Shown one piece after another: positions 24,659 to 37,993 of a stretch of DNA of 64,000 nucleotides. A program made the translations under genes and the position numbers. Below the pieces are notes generated by a model that saw nothing but the letters and a program-made list of their open reading frames with translations, was not told the origin of the DNA and did not search any database. Positions within the stretch are counted from its first letter, which is position 1, and each line of letters opens with the position of its first letter. Location of the stretch: positions 16,120,001 through 16,184,000 of the forward strand of contig NC_083422.1 in assembly GCF_020745735.1 (NCBI RefSeq), read 5' to 3'. Origin of the DNA: Hemiscyllium ocellatum (lineage: Eukaryota).

Positions 24659-25530
24659 TGTTATAAAGTGGAGGTTGATCCCCCTCTGAGAGCTAAAACC
24701 AAAACACCCAGAAAGGCTCACCTTGCCCTATAATTTATTAAAAGAAGTGTGAAAAGTGATATAACCAGCCTCTTATCTTCAAGCTGTTATAAAGAAGTGG
24801 TTAAATTAAACAAACTCCTTTCATTCACTCTATAACCAACTAGTAACAATTCACTTACCTAATTTTAACAGTCAACAAATTAAGTGAAGCACCAATGAAC
24901 CAAACAAATCCCCCTTGACTACTAATTATTCCCAAATAAAACAAAATCGTAATGGTATGCTGTTCCAATAGATTCAAGTCCCACTTACATAAACTAAAAT
25001 AAAAATTAGAATTGAGTCTCTCTAAATTACAGCCAGATTACATCTTCTGGAATGTTCTGTGTTTTCTCATTGATTTTCTATCAGGACTGCCTTCTCCTTC
25101 GAATTCTTGTGTCAGGAATTTGGGTGGTGAGCCACAATACCATGGTAAATAGATGGTGCTTACTCTAAGAGCTGAGAGCTAATACCTCTTGGCAGATGGC
25201 AGTTGGTTCTCCTATTGATTTTCAAATGCTCTCTTCTTTTATACTTTTGATGATCTATCAACTGTTTTACAATTGGATTGGTCCTTAGTTGTCAAAACCA
25301 TTAGATTTAAATTTAATAGGTTTTTGTTAGCTCGGGGTCTGATTTAAATTGATTGGCTAAATTCGAACTGGTTGTCTTGACAGCAAAACAAAACTTTTAC
25401 CTGGATTACTAACCTCACAGCTCTTTTAATCCAAATGTTTCAATTCAGGGGCTCTGTGTACCTGCAAACCCACAGACGTCCTTTTTGAATCGCGAAGCAC
25501 AGAGAAAAAAACATCTTTTAAAGGGACCAC
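24659..25530. mobile_element. Possible solo LTR-like repeat
   Basis: Begins TGTTATA like the LTR-like element at 55669 and interrupts a - strand CR1 remnant. The right end and TSD are not resolved. Confidence 0.4.
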
Positions 25531-25559
25531 GCAATGCTTTCCCCATTTTACAATTTTAT

Positions 25560-25900
25560 GCACACTAACTTTGTAATAACTTACATGATAACTTTTGGTG
25601 TTTCGTGCACAAGAACACCTAGGTCTCGACAGCACTTTACTTTTTTTGGAGTCTGTCTCCATTTAAATATTAGTCTGCTTTTGGATTCTTCCTACTAAAG
25701 TGCATGCGCTCAAATCTCCCTATATTAGAGTCCATCTGCCAAAGTATTGGCCCCTCACTCAACCTACCTATGTCCCTTTGCAGATTCCTCATTTCCTCAT
25801 TACACCATACCCTCCCAGCTAATTCTTTTACTATAAGCAAATTTGGATACATTACTCTCTGCTCCCTGCTCCACCTCATTAATATAGATGATAAATAGTG
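25560..25900 (-). mobile_element. CR1 RT fragment
   Basis: LFIIYINE..(SKFA)..LQRDIGRLSE..LWQM..N. Confidence 0.75.
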
Positions 25901-26618
25901 AAGAGAAAAGAGAAGTTGGATCTTGGAAAAGAAGGCTCCAATAGACAAACAAAACCCTCAGGGCCTTGGCTAACACCAGCCAGTGCTGGTAAATCTGCCA
26001 GGCTTCCCCAGCCCCATTCAATTTGAAATACGTAAGGGCTGGGGATGGAGATCAAATAAGCAATGTCAATGCCTTATGTTGAATTTCCAAAAACACCCAG
26101 ATGCAGACAATCCAGTAAGGGAAGGAAATGAATATCTATCCAACAGTGCTGTACAATGCTGAGGATACTTTATGATGAACTATCTTTCCTGTTTTAGAGG
26201 TATGTACATATGCTACATGTTAGGTTGGAGAATGAACATTCCCATAGTCACTCCGAGAGAGAGTCACTGAGACTGATATTATAGGAGTCAACTACTTTCG
26301 AAATAGCACTTAGGATTTGTCAATGAGACACCTCCTGGTGAGAAGTAGACATATTTGAAAAAAAACAGGCAGATGGAGTGCATGAAAAATGCTCTTGTTC
26401 CTGAGATGTCGCTGTGCATTTGATGAGAAAACAGCAGGTAGTGGGTCAGCCATTAGAAAGGAAACAGATGCAAAACCAGCCAAGGGAATCTTTCTGAGTT
26501 TCTGGGCTGTATAACTCGTGGTTTCATTGTCAGTAAGTTTGCAGAGGTTAGGTGTCGATGCAGGGGAAATGCATTAACTGGCATGAGCTAAATTGTGATG
26601 AATTTTATTCTCCTGCAG

Positions 26619-28071
26619 CACCACACAGAAGGATGCGTTGAAAGTGAATCTCGATCAGCTTCAATGTCACTTCACGTGGACTTCGAAGAAAAAAACCATC
26701 GACTTGGATGATATGAAACAAAGATTAGAAGATACAATACAGACAAGTGTGAAACCTCAAGCCCGGTTTTACAATCACTTTGCTTTTATAAACTGTCAGC
26801 AAGGAAAATATGAAGAGGCAATTCAGAATTTAAAGGAAGCTGAAAAGATTCTGAAGGAGAGTCATGGTGATGATTTTGAGAAGAGAATCTTGGTCACCTA
26901 TGGAAACTATGCCTGGGTTTATTATCACATGGACCGACTGGAGGAGGCTCAGTCCTACCTCGACAAGCTGGAGACAGTCTGTAAGCTATTTCCTGAAGCC
27001 TCTCGGTTTGCAGCAATGATACCTGAGGTTTATGGGGAGAAGGGTTTGTCACTGTTGAAATCTGCTGGCCAATATTATGAAGAGGCAAAGGAATGTTTTA
27101 AAAAGGCTCTAGAGAAGGATCCTGACAACATTGAGTGGAATGTTGGCTATGCCACTGTTCTGTATCGTCTGGAAGAGTTTTCTGGAACCCCTGAGAGTCA
27201 CAAACCCACTCAATCAATGAAACAACTTAGACGTGTGCTGGAGCTGGATCCTGATCATGCTGAAGCCATGGTGCTGTTAGCTTTAAAACTACAAGAGTTA
27301 AGTCAAGAGGGGGAAGCATCCACATTAGTTGAACGAGCGTTGCAGAAGTCTCCTGATCACCCACACGTGCTTCGATATGCAGCAAAGTTTTACAGAATCA
27401 AAGGAGATGTTGAAAGAGCTTTGAAAGTGTTGAAGACAGCAATGGAAATTACCCCCAACTCTACCTTCTTACACCATCAATTCGGTCTGTGTTACAGAAA
27501 GAAACTAATGTCATTGCTCAAAAATCCACTCAGCAAGAACCCTAGCAATCCTGCTTTTCAACAGAAAGTTGAACTGATCAAACTTTGCAAGTCTCATTTT
27601 AAAAATGCCTTCAAGCCTCGGCCATTAACCTTTATTAAGGCACAACTGGATTTTGCAGGAATATGTTCACTAAATGAAGAGTTTCCTGAAGCAGAGAAGA
27701 TCTACACCAATCTCCTGAAACTGAAAGATATCCGTCCAGAGAATAGGCAAGCAATATGTTTACAAGCTGGATTATTTCAACTATTCCAGAAAAGAGCAGA
27801 ATCAAAAGCCGTCGCCCTTTTTCTGGAAGGAATGAAAGTGAATTACAATTCCATAGAAAGAAAAAAGTGCCGTGAAAATTTGGAGAGGATCGCAACAGGA
27901 CGGCTTCGCAGGAATCCACGAGATACCGAGGCCCTTGGTGCTCTTGGCTTCCTGCATCAACTGGATGGGAAGAAGCGCAAAGCTGTGGAATACTTTGAAA
28001 AGGCCCTGCAATTTGATCAAGGCAATGAAGAATATCTCAGTGCCCTTTGTGAATTACGTCTTTCTATCTAG
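26619..28071 (+). CDS. IFIT5: IFIT5-like interferon-induced TPR protein, gene A, exon 2 (spliced product ~485 aa)
   Basis: Acceptor ttttattctcctgcAG at 26617-26618, then an open frame. IFIT motifs LQCHFTW, GNYAWVYYHM, VLRYAAKFYR, FLHHQxGLCY and C-terminus ALCELRLSI, which matches human IFIT5 as I recall it. One-to-one orthology is not established. Confidence 0.95.
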
Positions 28072-28437
28072 CTCAGTAATGAACTTGCCAGCTAAAGTTC
28101 AGCTGAAAGATGAATTAACACTCTCTAATCTATAATCAGCTTTTACCTAGTATCCACTTCACTTATATTTTGCTTAGATATTGTTCAATTGAGCATATTA
28201 TTCATGCGTATAATTTTCAGATGGCGAATTGTATTTTAGTTATTCTAAACGTCTGCTTTATTTAGGAATGTTGTCATCACTGGTGAACTAACTAACCAAC
28301 ACCCAAGAGTTATTGCTCTGTGTAGAAAGAAACAAAAACATTTGAGTTTTTTGGGATTTGGGTTAATTGATCCAATTGGACACAGCTGAAAAGAAACTGT
28401 TTTTAATTCAATTATGAACACTTAATAAGCCTGATTT

Positions 28438-28676
28438 TTCCCCTTCACTGTTTGATCACACAGCATTGTTCTTTGATGTGAAGAGCACTACTTGTCACAG
28501 GCCACTTGGGTGTTTTCCTATTTTCCTGGTGGTGGATATTGAATAAAGATTTGTGCACTTTGTGTCTCTCACTGTGTCTCACACCTGCACACACACCATG
28601 GGTGCTGGGGAAAAAATAAGCACTACCGCAGTTAGGCGGTAGTGTGGGGGTTAATAAAGAAAATTATATAAAAAAA
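28438..28676 (+). mobile_element. 5'-truncated poly(A) retroposon 3' end (L1/Tx1-like)
   Basis: 14-bp TSD AATAAGCCTGATTT (28424-28437 and 28677-28690), terminal hairpin, AATAAA and A-rich tail. Absent from the gene C flank. Confidence 0.8.
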
Positions 28677-28919
28677 AATAAGCCTGATTTAAACTCCAGT
28701 TTGGTTTTGGGTGTGTGGTGAAGGAGTTACAAAACTGACCCTTTGCTGCTAATGTCTGTCTCAGGATATTTTAAATTCTAAACTGCATTCATGTGCTTAG
28801 CCATTAGTGTTCGGGTGGGTGTTTTGAAAGAGATTCTGGGTCCATCACATGGAATGGAAAAGGGGTATGTTGGGAGACAGTATGGGGAAGCTCCAAGTTA
28901 TTATATTGGGGCCTGGTGG

Positions 28920-29180
28920 GGGAAAAAATGAGGTCTGCAGATGCTGGAGATCACAGCTGAAAATGTGTTGCTGGTCGAAGCACAGCAGGCCAGGCAGCAT
29001 CTCAGGAATAGGGAATTCGACGTTTCGAGCATAAGCCCTTCATCAGGAATGAGAGAGAGTAGCCAAGCAGGCTAAGATAAAAGGTAGGGAGCAGGGACTT
29101 GGGGGAGGGGCGATGGAGGTGGGATAGGTGGAAGGAGGTCAAGGTGAGGGTGATAGCCGGAGTGGGGTGGGGGCGGAGAG
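28920..29180 (-). mobile_element. PLE family A tail with hammerhead motif (29015-29050)
   Basis: Matches 16403-16670. Absent from the paralogous gene C flank near 54250. Confidence 0.85.
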
Positions 29181-29219
29181 AGTCATGTGCAAAGAAAAAT
29201 AAACATTTCCCTCTTTGTC

Positions 29220-30980
29220 ACTTCAGAGTTCCATCATGGACTCTACCAAAATCTGCTCCAGAAAAGCATTTGGTAGACATTCCACAAATTCCTTTCCTTA
29301 GGATCCATGACCAACCTATACATTGAAGTCCCCCATGATTATTGGAATACAGCTTTTCTGACACACTTTTTTCTATCTCCTGGTTTATTTTCTTCCCAAA
29401 TTCTGACTATTGCCAGGTGGCCTGAACATAACACCTCTCAGGGTCTTTTTCCCTTTGTGGTTCCTCTACACACGCACAGGTTCTACACTTTCAGACTCTA
29501 TATCACTTGTTGCTTTTGATTTAATTTCATTTCTTACTAACAAAGCAACCCACCCCCCTGTCCATCTGCCTCTTCCTTTGATAGGGCCCGTATCGTTGGA
29601 TACAGCTTCTGATCCCAGCCCTGAGTGCCTTGTAGCCACATCTCTGTGATACCCACAACAACTAATATCAATCTGCGTAACAAGCTCATTTGGAGAAAGT
29701 GAGGACTGCAGATGCTGGAGATCAGAGTCGAGAGTGTGGTTCTGGAAAAGCACAGCAGGTCAGGCAGCATCCGAGGAGCAGGGAAAAAAAAAAATCGATA
29801 TTTTGGGCATAAGCCTTTCATCAGGATGTCCTCCTGATGAGAGACTTATGCCCAAAACTTCGATTCTCCTGCTCCTCAGGTGCTAGAAGGTTATTTACCT
29901 TGTTTCATATGCTGTATACATTTAATTACAACACCCTCATTGACTGTCCCAATTCTTAATATTGTCCCTTTATCTGCTATGCCTGAAGTTACATTCCGGA
30001 TGCTTTCCACACTCTTTCTCCTATTTCTTGCTCTGGAAACTTTAAATTGCCTCTGCTCAGCTCTCACCCCACTTTTAATTTTTTTTCCATGCAACTGAAC
30101 TCTATCCCCACAAGGCTAAAGGATTTTGGTCCCAGGTGGAGCCCATCACATTGCTACAGCTCCCTCCTTCCCCAAGGCTGGTGCCAATGTCCCATGAATT
30201 CAAACCTGTTTCTCCCACATCAATCACACATTTATCTCTTAGGTATCATTGACCCTGTGCTAATTTGCTCCTGGCTTAGGTTGTGGTCCGGAGATTATTA
30301 ATACTTTTTGGTTTTGCTTTTCAATTTTGCCCCAAGCTGCTTATATTCCCTCAGCAGAATCTCTTTCCTCTTTCCATCTGCATCATTGATACGTCTGTGG
30401 ACAACAACAATGGCATCTTCCCCTCCCATTCCAGGTTGCTCTGCAGCCCAGATGAGATATCCTGACGCCAGGCAATACAGTCTCTGGGACTGTCCATCCT
30501 GTTTATTCCTCTGACTATACTATCCCTAATTGCGACTACATTTCTCTTTTTCTTTCCCCCACCACCCCGAATGGTACCACAGTGCTATGGTCAGTTTGCT
30601 TATCTTCCTTACTGTCCTTACTCTCACCCACATAGGGAGCAAGAATCTCAACTCTATTAGACAAGATCAACGGCTGAGGCTCGTTCAGCACTACCTCTTG
30701 GTTCCGTCCACTTGCCTCACTGACAGTCACCCTCCTGTCCCTGTCTGCTGACTGAATTCAAGGGAGTTAAACTGAAGGTGTGACTGTCTCCTGAAACTCA
30801 GCACCCATGTAACTCTCTGCTTCCTTGAAATGTCGCAGCGTTTGAAGCTCAGACTCCAGCTCATCAACTCTGAGTCGGACTTCCTCAAGCACTTGCTACA
30901 GACGTGGTCATTATGAACAACAAAGAAGTCCACCATCTCCCACACTATGCAGGTAAAACACATCACCTGGCCCTGTCTAT
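29220..30980 (-). mobile_element. Decayed CR1 (ORF1/esterase to endonuclease region) with an inverted PLE-tail insertion at ~29690-29885
   Basis: MMCFTCIVWE...HVCSKC zinc-finger-like ORF1 segment, and ELVTQID....VVGITEMWLQG / GGWVALLV endonuclease motifs. Confidence 0.7.
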
Positions 30981-31891
30981 TGGTAGGATTAAAAATGATA
31001 TGGTCAAACCAAATTTTTAAGGGTTTATTATTAAGAGTTCATTGAACATAACAATGAGCAATTGAAAACAACTGAATTGAAAATCACTGGTTTAGTATGA
31101 GGCAGTTGTTTCAGCTGTTGGGAAACCACTTGACACAGCCACTTGGAAGGTGGTTGTCTGAGAAAGTACTGAACGTATGCAGAATGGGAGCAACAACAAG
31201 GACTCTGTAGCACTTGTTGGACACCACTTCGGACTGAGATTGCAATCGTGCCAGGGATCCTGAATTCTTCAGCCATTCCAAAATGGAGTCCCTAATGGGC
31301 AGAAGGCACTGAGATTCATTGTTCGATATCTTGAGCATGTCTAAAGTAGATTAATAGATCTACTCATTAGTTTGCATATGTCTCTAATCTATTAAAGATA
31401 TCATGTAGATCATTAAGATGTCTTTACAACTTAATATACACTTGTTGCTTAATATATTTATTGACCAATAAATATATATATAAAAAACTAATAAAGGTGT
31501 TAATTTGGATCACCTGACCTGTAGAGTTATTTTTGTGACCTCCCACCGAATTCACAATACACCCTGCAGCTCTATTTTATCTACTTAGTTTTTTTAACAG
31601 TTTCCAACTGGTCTTTTAGTTTGCAATATGTAAACATTTCTCCCATTTCCCTTCAATCTGAAAGTAACCTATGAAAGTCCAATTATTTCCTGTAATGTCA
31701 CTCTTTCCTTTCTGCTGCCCTCTCTCCCCGCCCCGATCCTGGGCTTCAACTTATCCTATAAAAAGACCTTACAAAATACAAAAAAAACTCTCATATTTTG
31801 TATCAAAATCCCAAGCTGCTTCCAAATTCTCAGAACTATACTGTACTCAGCTTACTGATCATTACTGTGACTTGTGTAAGTGTTCTTCTCC

Positions 31892-32197
31892 GGGACAGCG
31901 CAGCAGCTCAGTGGTTAGCATTGCTGCCTCACAGCACCGGGTTTGATTCCAATCTCGTCAGTGTGCACGTTCACCCTGTGGGGTTCCTTTGGGTGCTCCA
32001 TTTTCCTCTCACAGTCCAAAGATGTGCAGGTTGGGTGGATTGGCCTGTAATGTCCAGGGATGTGCAGGCTGGGTGAGTTAGACATGGGGGACGCAGGGTT
32101 ACAGGGACAGACTGGATCTAGGTGGGATGCTCTTCAGAGGGTAGGTGTGAATTCAATGGGCTGAATGGCCTGCTTCCACACTGTAGGGATTCTATGC
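31892..32197 (+). mobile_element. HE1/V-SINE-like SINE
   Basis: Head cagtggttagcattgctgcctcacagcac, tail ccacactgtagggattctatg. Confidence 0.85.
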
Positions 32198-32859
32198 TTC
32201 TGCACTGCATTTCTTGCCCAAAATGTTAAATCTGTGGCCCCCCTCCAGCGCTCATTGTATCATTACGTCTACCTTGAAACCTGTCACAAGCTTGTACCCC
32301 TCCATTAAATAGCTGCTCCATCTCCTTTGCTCTAAGTAAAATTGCCCCAACTCCTACAACCTGATTTACGCCAACAAAAGACTATTGTATAAATTCTGAA
32401 GCCACCATTAAGGAATGAAGTGCAAAAGATCAGGATCAAGGCTCTTTGCCATCAGCATGATGGGAAAGGCTTGGGGGGAATGTTCTAGAAGTGTCCAGTC
32501 CCTTAATGCCTGGGAGTGGGGCAAAATGTCAGTGCCCAGGTAGGAGGGTGGTGTTGCCCTAGTTAAAGGGATTGAGCAGCTTAGAGTTTCCAACTTCCAG
32601 GTGTTGGAGATGCTGAGGTCAATTCATCATGGGAGAGCTATTAAAGCATCTCACATCAGGAGATTCCAACAAAAGGTCTGAGGAATATGGTAAACAGGTA
32701 AAATGGAGATTCATCAAACAAGTTGCGCTTGTGTGTTTCTGTGTGAGTGCACAGGTCTGTGTGGATAACTGGAACAATAGGAACCCATGATATTATGCAC
32801 ATCCATATTCCAGCACCTCTCTCCCTGGAGATAAGCTGTCGTAGTTATTTTGATGAAAT

Positions 32860-32880
32860 AGTTTCAGTTTCTAGTTTCAT
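32860..32880 (+). promoter_or_regulatory. ISRE / IRF-binding array of gene B
   Basis: AGTTTCAGTTTCTAGTTTCAT matches the ISRE consensus (tandem GTTTC cores) just upstream of exon 1. Confidence 0.85.
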
Positions 32881-32987
32881 AGTCACGGAAGAAAACACCT
32901 GGAAATTGTGACACATCGACCATTACTTCCAACCCTCTGACCGGTGAAGGTTTTGCTGTAGCAGGAATTTGCCATTTGATCAACATA

Positions 32988-32992
32988 ATGAG
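32988..32992 (+). CDS. IFIT5: IFIT5-like gene B, coding exon 1 (ATGAG)
   Basis: cataATGAG|GTAAAA, ~110 bp downstream of an ISRE array. Joins AG|T at 36643 to give MSDTEKDLLKV. Confidence 0.85.
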
Positions 32993-34283
32993 GTAAAAAT
33001 CATTGAAATTCTATCTGCTTTAGACAGTTAGACACATAGACTATTGAACAAGGAGTTTGCTTTTACAAATACTTTGGTATAAATTACAAAGGAGTTGAAA
33101 CCCTTAAAGCAGTGTCATTTGTCACAGTTAAGCGTACAGTAAGTGTTTACTGCTGCACGGGAGGAACTGCAAGGCAAAAGGCCGATCTATTTATAGTATT
33201 CCATCACATAATCTTTTAAGTAGCGATCGACCTTAATTTTCACTCAGATGTTGCAGAAAATACAAAGCGAAGCTTCAACTCCATTCTGTCAAAATGTTGA
33301 GTAAAATATTCTACACATGTTGTCAAGCAGATATGATCGGTCAATCCCAATCCCAAATCCCTGTTCTTCATTATTTCAATTTTACCCCAAATGTGTCTCG
33401 TTGGAACCTCCTCATTCTTTTGATTCCTGGCTGTTGACCAGTTTGCTAATTTGATCAGCTCCAAGATGGAGAACGCCACAATGAAATAATATGATGTACC
33501 TGCTATTAATTTCCACAAAGCTACAAGATCCCAGCACAGATTCTCCAGGAATCTTTAGCCCTCTCCTCACCCTGCCCGCCTCTCTCGAAAAATTGGGAGT
33601 TTGAGGAGGGCAGAAAGATGTGTGGTTTAGTAAGATATTATGCTTCAGGACATTGGAACTAGCTAAGGGGAACATTGAAAGTGAGTACTGATGGAAGGGT
33701 TCGACATAACAAGATGGAGGACTAAGGCAGCTCAGGGAGGAAGGTATAGGAAGGACATTGTAGGAGCAGCTTGAGGACGAAAGGACCCTTGTGGAATGGG
33801 GGTCAGGTGATTATATTTTGAGCAGGAAAAAGACAGGAAATCTGGAATTGATGAATTGTTTCTGAACATCTTGTATATCTGTATCATTTGAAAGGCCTCG
33901 ATTAAATCACTGTTTCAAAGGTGAATGAATTCAAACCAAGTTAATGCAACCTAAGCAGTTAATTTAACCTTTTAAGGGTTAGTATGCTTCTCATCTGTTT
34001 GGGCTGTAACCCCTCTCAAACCAATTTATCTTTCCTGGGTCTTGCCATGATTTTAATGCACTAGCATTATTGAATCTTCATGTTTCATGAGTAGAATGCT
34101 TGGGGCACACATCCCAACGAACTTGTGTTGGAGACAGGAACCAAAGTAGGAAGTTTCTATTTCAGCTTATTCTGATTCCAAGCTGACAGTGTTACAAATC
34201 AAAAGCCAGTGTGAAACCCAGCTTGATAGACCACAACCTGTATTCTTCTCCCCTTTCCTATGGAGGTCAGATACTGAAAATTT

Positions 34284-34570
34284 TAGATTAGATTCCCTAC
34301 AGTATGGGAACAGGCCCTTCAGCCCAACAAGTCCACACTGACCCTCCGAAGCGCAACCCACCCAGACCCATTCCCTGACCCCACATTTACCCCTGACACG
34401 ATGAGCAATTCACCTGGCCTGCACATCTTTGGATTGGGGAGGAAACCAGACCACCCGGAGAAAACCCAGACAGACATGGGGAGAATGCGCAAACTCCACA
34501 CAGTCACCCAAGGTGGGAATTGAACCTGGGTCCCTGGCACTATGAGGCAACTGAGCCACCATGCTGCCCA
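34284..34570 (-). mobile_element. HE1/V-SINE-like SINE (intron of gene B)
   Basis: Same family motifs. Confidence 0.85.
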
Positions 34571-35099
34571 AAATATTGTCAAGAGATGGTCAGTGTACTT
34601 TTAACAAAAGCAAATAACGTTTACTGCACAAAAGGTAAAAAAAAAACCACAACGTATATTGAACTATATAAAAATCATTGGAATGATTTCATTACAAAAA
34701 TCAGAAAGAAAGATTCATCTCTTTTACCCCAGCAATAACTTGATAGACATGCATACCTCATTGAGTGTTTCATTTTTGCCTCCATGATAAAGTGTCTCAC
34801 TCAGCTGCCACAGCTAGAGTTGGTTTCCTTTTGGCAAATTTCTGCTGTACATTCATTCAATGCTATTTTATTCAGTTCATGTCCCCTCTGTGACAAAATA
34901 AATATCTAACTCAAATTACCAATTTATTTTTCATATGAAGCACCAAGAAGTTCATTTCAACTTTCTATTGTTCAGTCATTACTATTGAAGCCTATAAGAA
35001 GCTGGGAGAATCCAGTCATTGCTATTTCACTAGCATTCTCAATCTGACTACCCTCACCAGGAGGGAGGCAAACATGACAGCTGTCAGTTGTGTTTAACA

Positions 35100-35457
35100 G
35101 AATCAGAGAAAGCCCAGAATGTGGAAGCAGGCCATTCAGCCCATCAAGTCCACACCGACCCTCTGAAGAACATCTCACCCAAACCCACACCCAATATCCT
35201 ATCCCCTTAACCCCCACATTTATCATGACTAATACACCTAACCTACACATCCCTGAACAGTATATGAATTTAGCATGGCCAATCCACCTACCTGCACAAC
35301 TTTGGTTTGTGGAAGGAAACCAGGGGCATCTGGAGGAAATCCATGCAGACACTGGGAAAATGCACAAATTCCACAAAGGCAGTCACCCGAGGGTGCAATC
35401 AAACCTGGGTCCCTGGAGCTGTGAGCAACAGGGCTAACCACCAAGCCACTGTGCTGG
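35100..35457 (-). mobile_element. HE1/V-SINE-like SINE (intron of gene B)
   Basis: Same family motifs. Confidence 0.8.
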
Positions 35458-36642
35458 CTCACAAGCTGTGAAAGTTTGCAGATCGCACCAGCAGATTTCT
35501 GGAGGAAGCAGGAAGTAAAGATATCCAGATGGTGACTTTGACAACCTCTGGCATCGTGTGCCACCAGGTAAAGGCTGCAGGGGTCAGCAATGACTAACAG
35601 AACTTTTCCCAGCCTCCTCAGGAGGCTTAGTGCCATGGACAGAAACCCATCTAGAGGATACTGCTTCAAGCCAGCTAGAATGCTGTCTTTAACTCCTCCG
35701 TCCCGTTTAGTGACATGTAGCTGAGAAGCAGGCAGCTCCTGCTCCTGTTGTCCCTGACACTGTTGTTACTGCCCCTCTTGTTATTCATCAGAGGACCAGG
35801 GTACAGCTGCTTAAATTGTTGGTCTTCTTCAGTGAAGGGAGACAGCACGACAGTGCAGATCAAAGAGAGAAATGCCCCAAAGGAGCCGAAATGTTGGCAA
35901 AGTGGTGGATGTCACCTAATAATTAGTGAAGGTGAACTCCCAGCACAAATCCTGGTGTACATAAGGTATTGTGCACACAAGTAAACATCCTAGGCAATGT
36001 TTTATACACATAAGTATACATCCTAGGCAAAGAGGCAATTGTCTTGAATCAGTATTTGAGGTTTTTATAAAGCATCAGGTTCACCACCCTGTTCAGCTTC
36101 ACTGTGTTCCTGCTTTATTGACCCCAGGAACCAGGCACAGGCACTTATAGTCACAATGCAGGATTAACTCTGCAGACAGCTGATCTTTAGCATAGTTTAA
36201 TTGTTCTCCAGCCTGTCTCAATGGGTTATCTCACACCTTTCCAGAAGAACAGGTCTCTGGTAACTTCTCAACCTGCTGGCATATTGATTTTCTCCTGCAT
36301 GCACTGATCTATCCCAAGGTGGGTCAGGTTAAAACACTACCTTTGGAGACCCCTTACCTGAAGTCACCATGAGAAACTTGCTAATCCACTTGAAGCAATT
36401 TTTCGATAGGGCCTGCTGAGATTCGACGATAAGACCAAGAAAGTTCAGTGAAACACATTGTTCAGGAGATAATCCAAAAATGTTTATGTTGGAATTAATG
36501 GTGGGACATTGGTAAGTATCTTAGCTGTATCAAATGTTTATCAAAGATAAGTGTTAGAACAAATTCCAAGGATAAAATATGTAAAATTGTAAAAGAAATG
36601 AATCACAGACTCACTTTTAGGAATGCTTTTATTCTCTTGCAG

Positions 36643-37993
36643 TGACACAGAGAAGGATTTGTTGAAAGTGAGTCTCAATCAGCTTCAATGTCACTTCACG
36701 TGGACTCCACAGAAAGAAACCATTGACCTGGATGATATGAAACAAAGATTAGAAGATTCAATAGAGGCTGGTGTGAAATATCAAGCCAGGTCTTACAACC
36801 ATCTCGCCTTTATAAACTGTCTGCAAGGAAACTGTGAAGAGGCAATTCAGAATTTAAAGGAAGCTGAAAGGATTCTGAGGAAGGGACATGAAGATGAATT
36901 TGAGAAGAGAATCTTGGTCACCTATGGAAACTATGCCTGGGTTTATTATCACATGGACCGACTGGAGGAGGCTCAGTCCTACCTCAACAAGCTGGAGACC
37001 GTCTGTAAACTATTTCCTGAAGCCTCTCGGTTTACAGCAATGATACCTGAGGTTTACGGGGAGAAGGGCTGGTCACTATTGAGTACAGCCGCTCAATATT
37101 ATGAAGAGGCAAAGGAATGTTTTACAAAGGCCCTGGAGGAAGATCCTGACAACATTGAGTGGAATGTTGGCTATGCCACTGTACTGTCCCGTCTGGAAGG
37201 ATTTTCGGGTACCCAACTGAGTAACAAATCTACTGAATCAATGAAACAGTTTAGGCGTGTGCTGGAGCTAGATCCTGATCATGCTGAAGCCATGGTGCAG
37301 TTAGCTTTAAAACTGCAAGAGTTCAATCAAAAGGAGGAAGCATCCATATTAGTTGAGCGAGCGTTGCAGAAGTCTCCTGATCTCCCATATGTGCTTCGAT
37401 ATGCAGCAAAGTTTTTGAGAAGAGAAGGAGATGTGAAAAAATCGTTGGAGCTGTTGAACAGAGGGCTTGAAATTACCCCGAACTCTGCCTTCCTGTGCCA
37501 TCAAATAGGTTTGTGTTACAAAACCAAACTGCATCAACTGAACAAATATCCAGGCCGCGGAGACCCTCACAGACAACAGAAAGCTGAATTAATCACAAAA
37601 TGCAAGTACTATTTTGAAAAGGCTTTTGAGCACCGCCCACTAACATTTATTAATGCACGGCTAGATTTCGCTGTGATTTGTTCACTAAATAATGAGTATC
37701 ATGAAGCTGAGGTGACCTTCAGCAATCTACTGAAATTAGAAAATATTCATCCAGGAAATAAACAGGCAATATGTCTTCAGGCTGGGTTATTTGAACTGCG
37801 TTCCAAAAGATCAGAATCAAATGCCATCATCCATTTTCTGGAAGGACTCAAAATCAAATATAACTCAAAGGAACAGGAAAGATGTCGGAGCCAGCTGGAG
37901 AAGATAGTAGAAAGACAACTTCTCAGGAATCCAAGAGACAGCGAAGCCCTTGGTCTGCAGGAGTTGCTTTTTCAGTTGAATGAGAAGAGATGA
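36643..37993 (+). CDS. IFIT5: IFIT5-like gene B, exon 2 (~451 aa spliced; ends at a premature TGA, ancestral stop at 38075-38077)
   Basis: Acceptor ttttattctcttgcAG at 36641-36642 and the same IFIT motifs. The frame continues after the TGA as KAIEYFEKALEVDSDNEEYQSALCELK*. Confidence 0.92.

Noticed and set aside
26638-26640. ORF-track starts of the IFIT genes (TTG at 26638 and 51787, ATG at 36623)
   Set aside because: Strong acceptors lie at 26618, 36642 and 51767, and matching ATGAG|gt exons lie upstream. The listed starts are internal or intronic.
37991-37993. Selenocysteine recoding of the IFIT-B TGA
   Set aside because: The aligned residue is Arg, not Cys, and I saw no convincing SECIS (not computationally tested).
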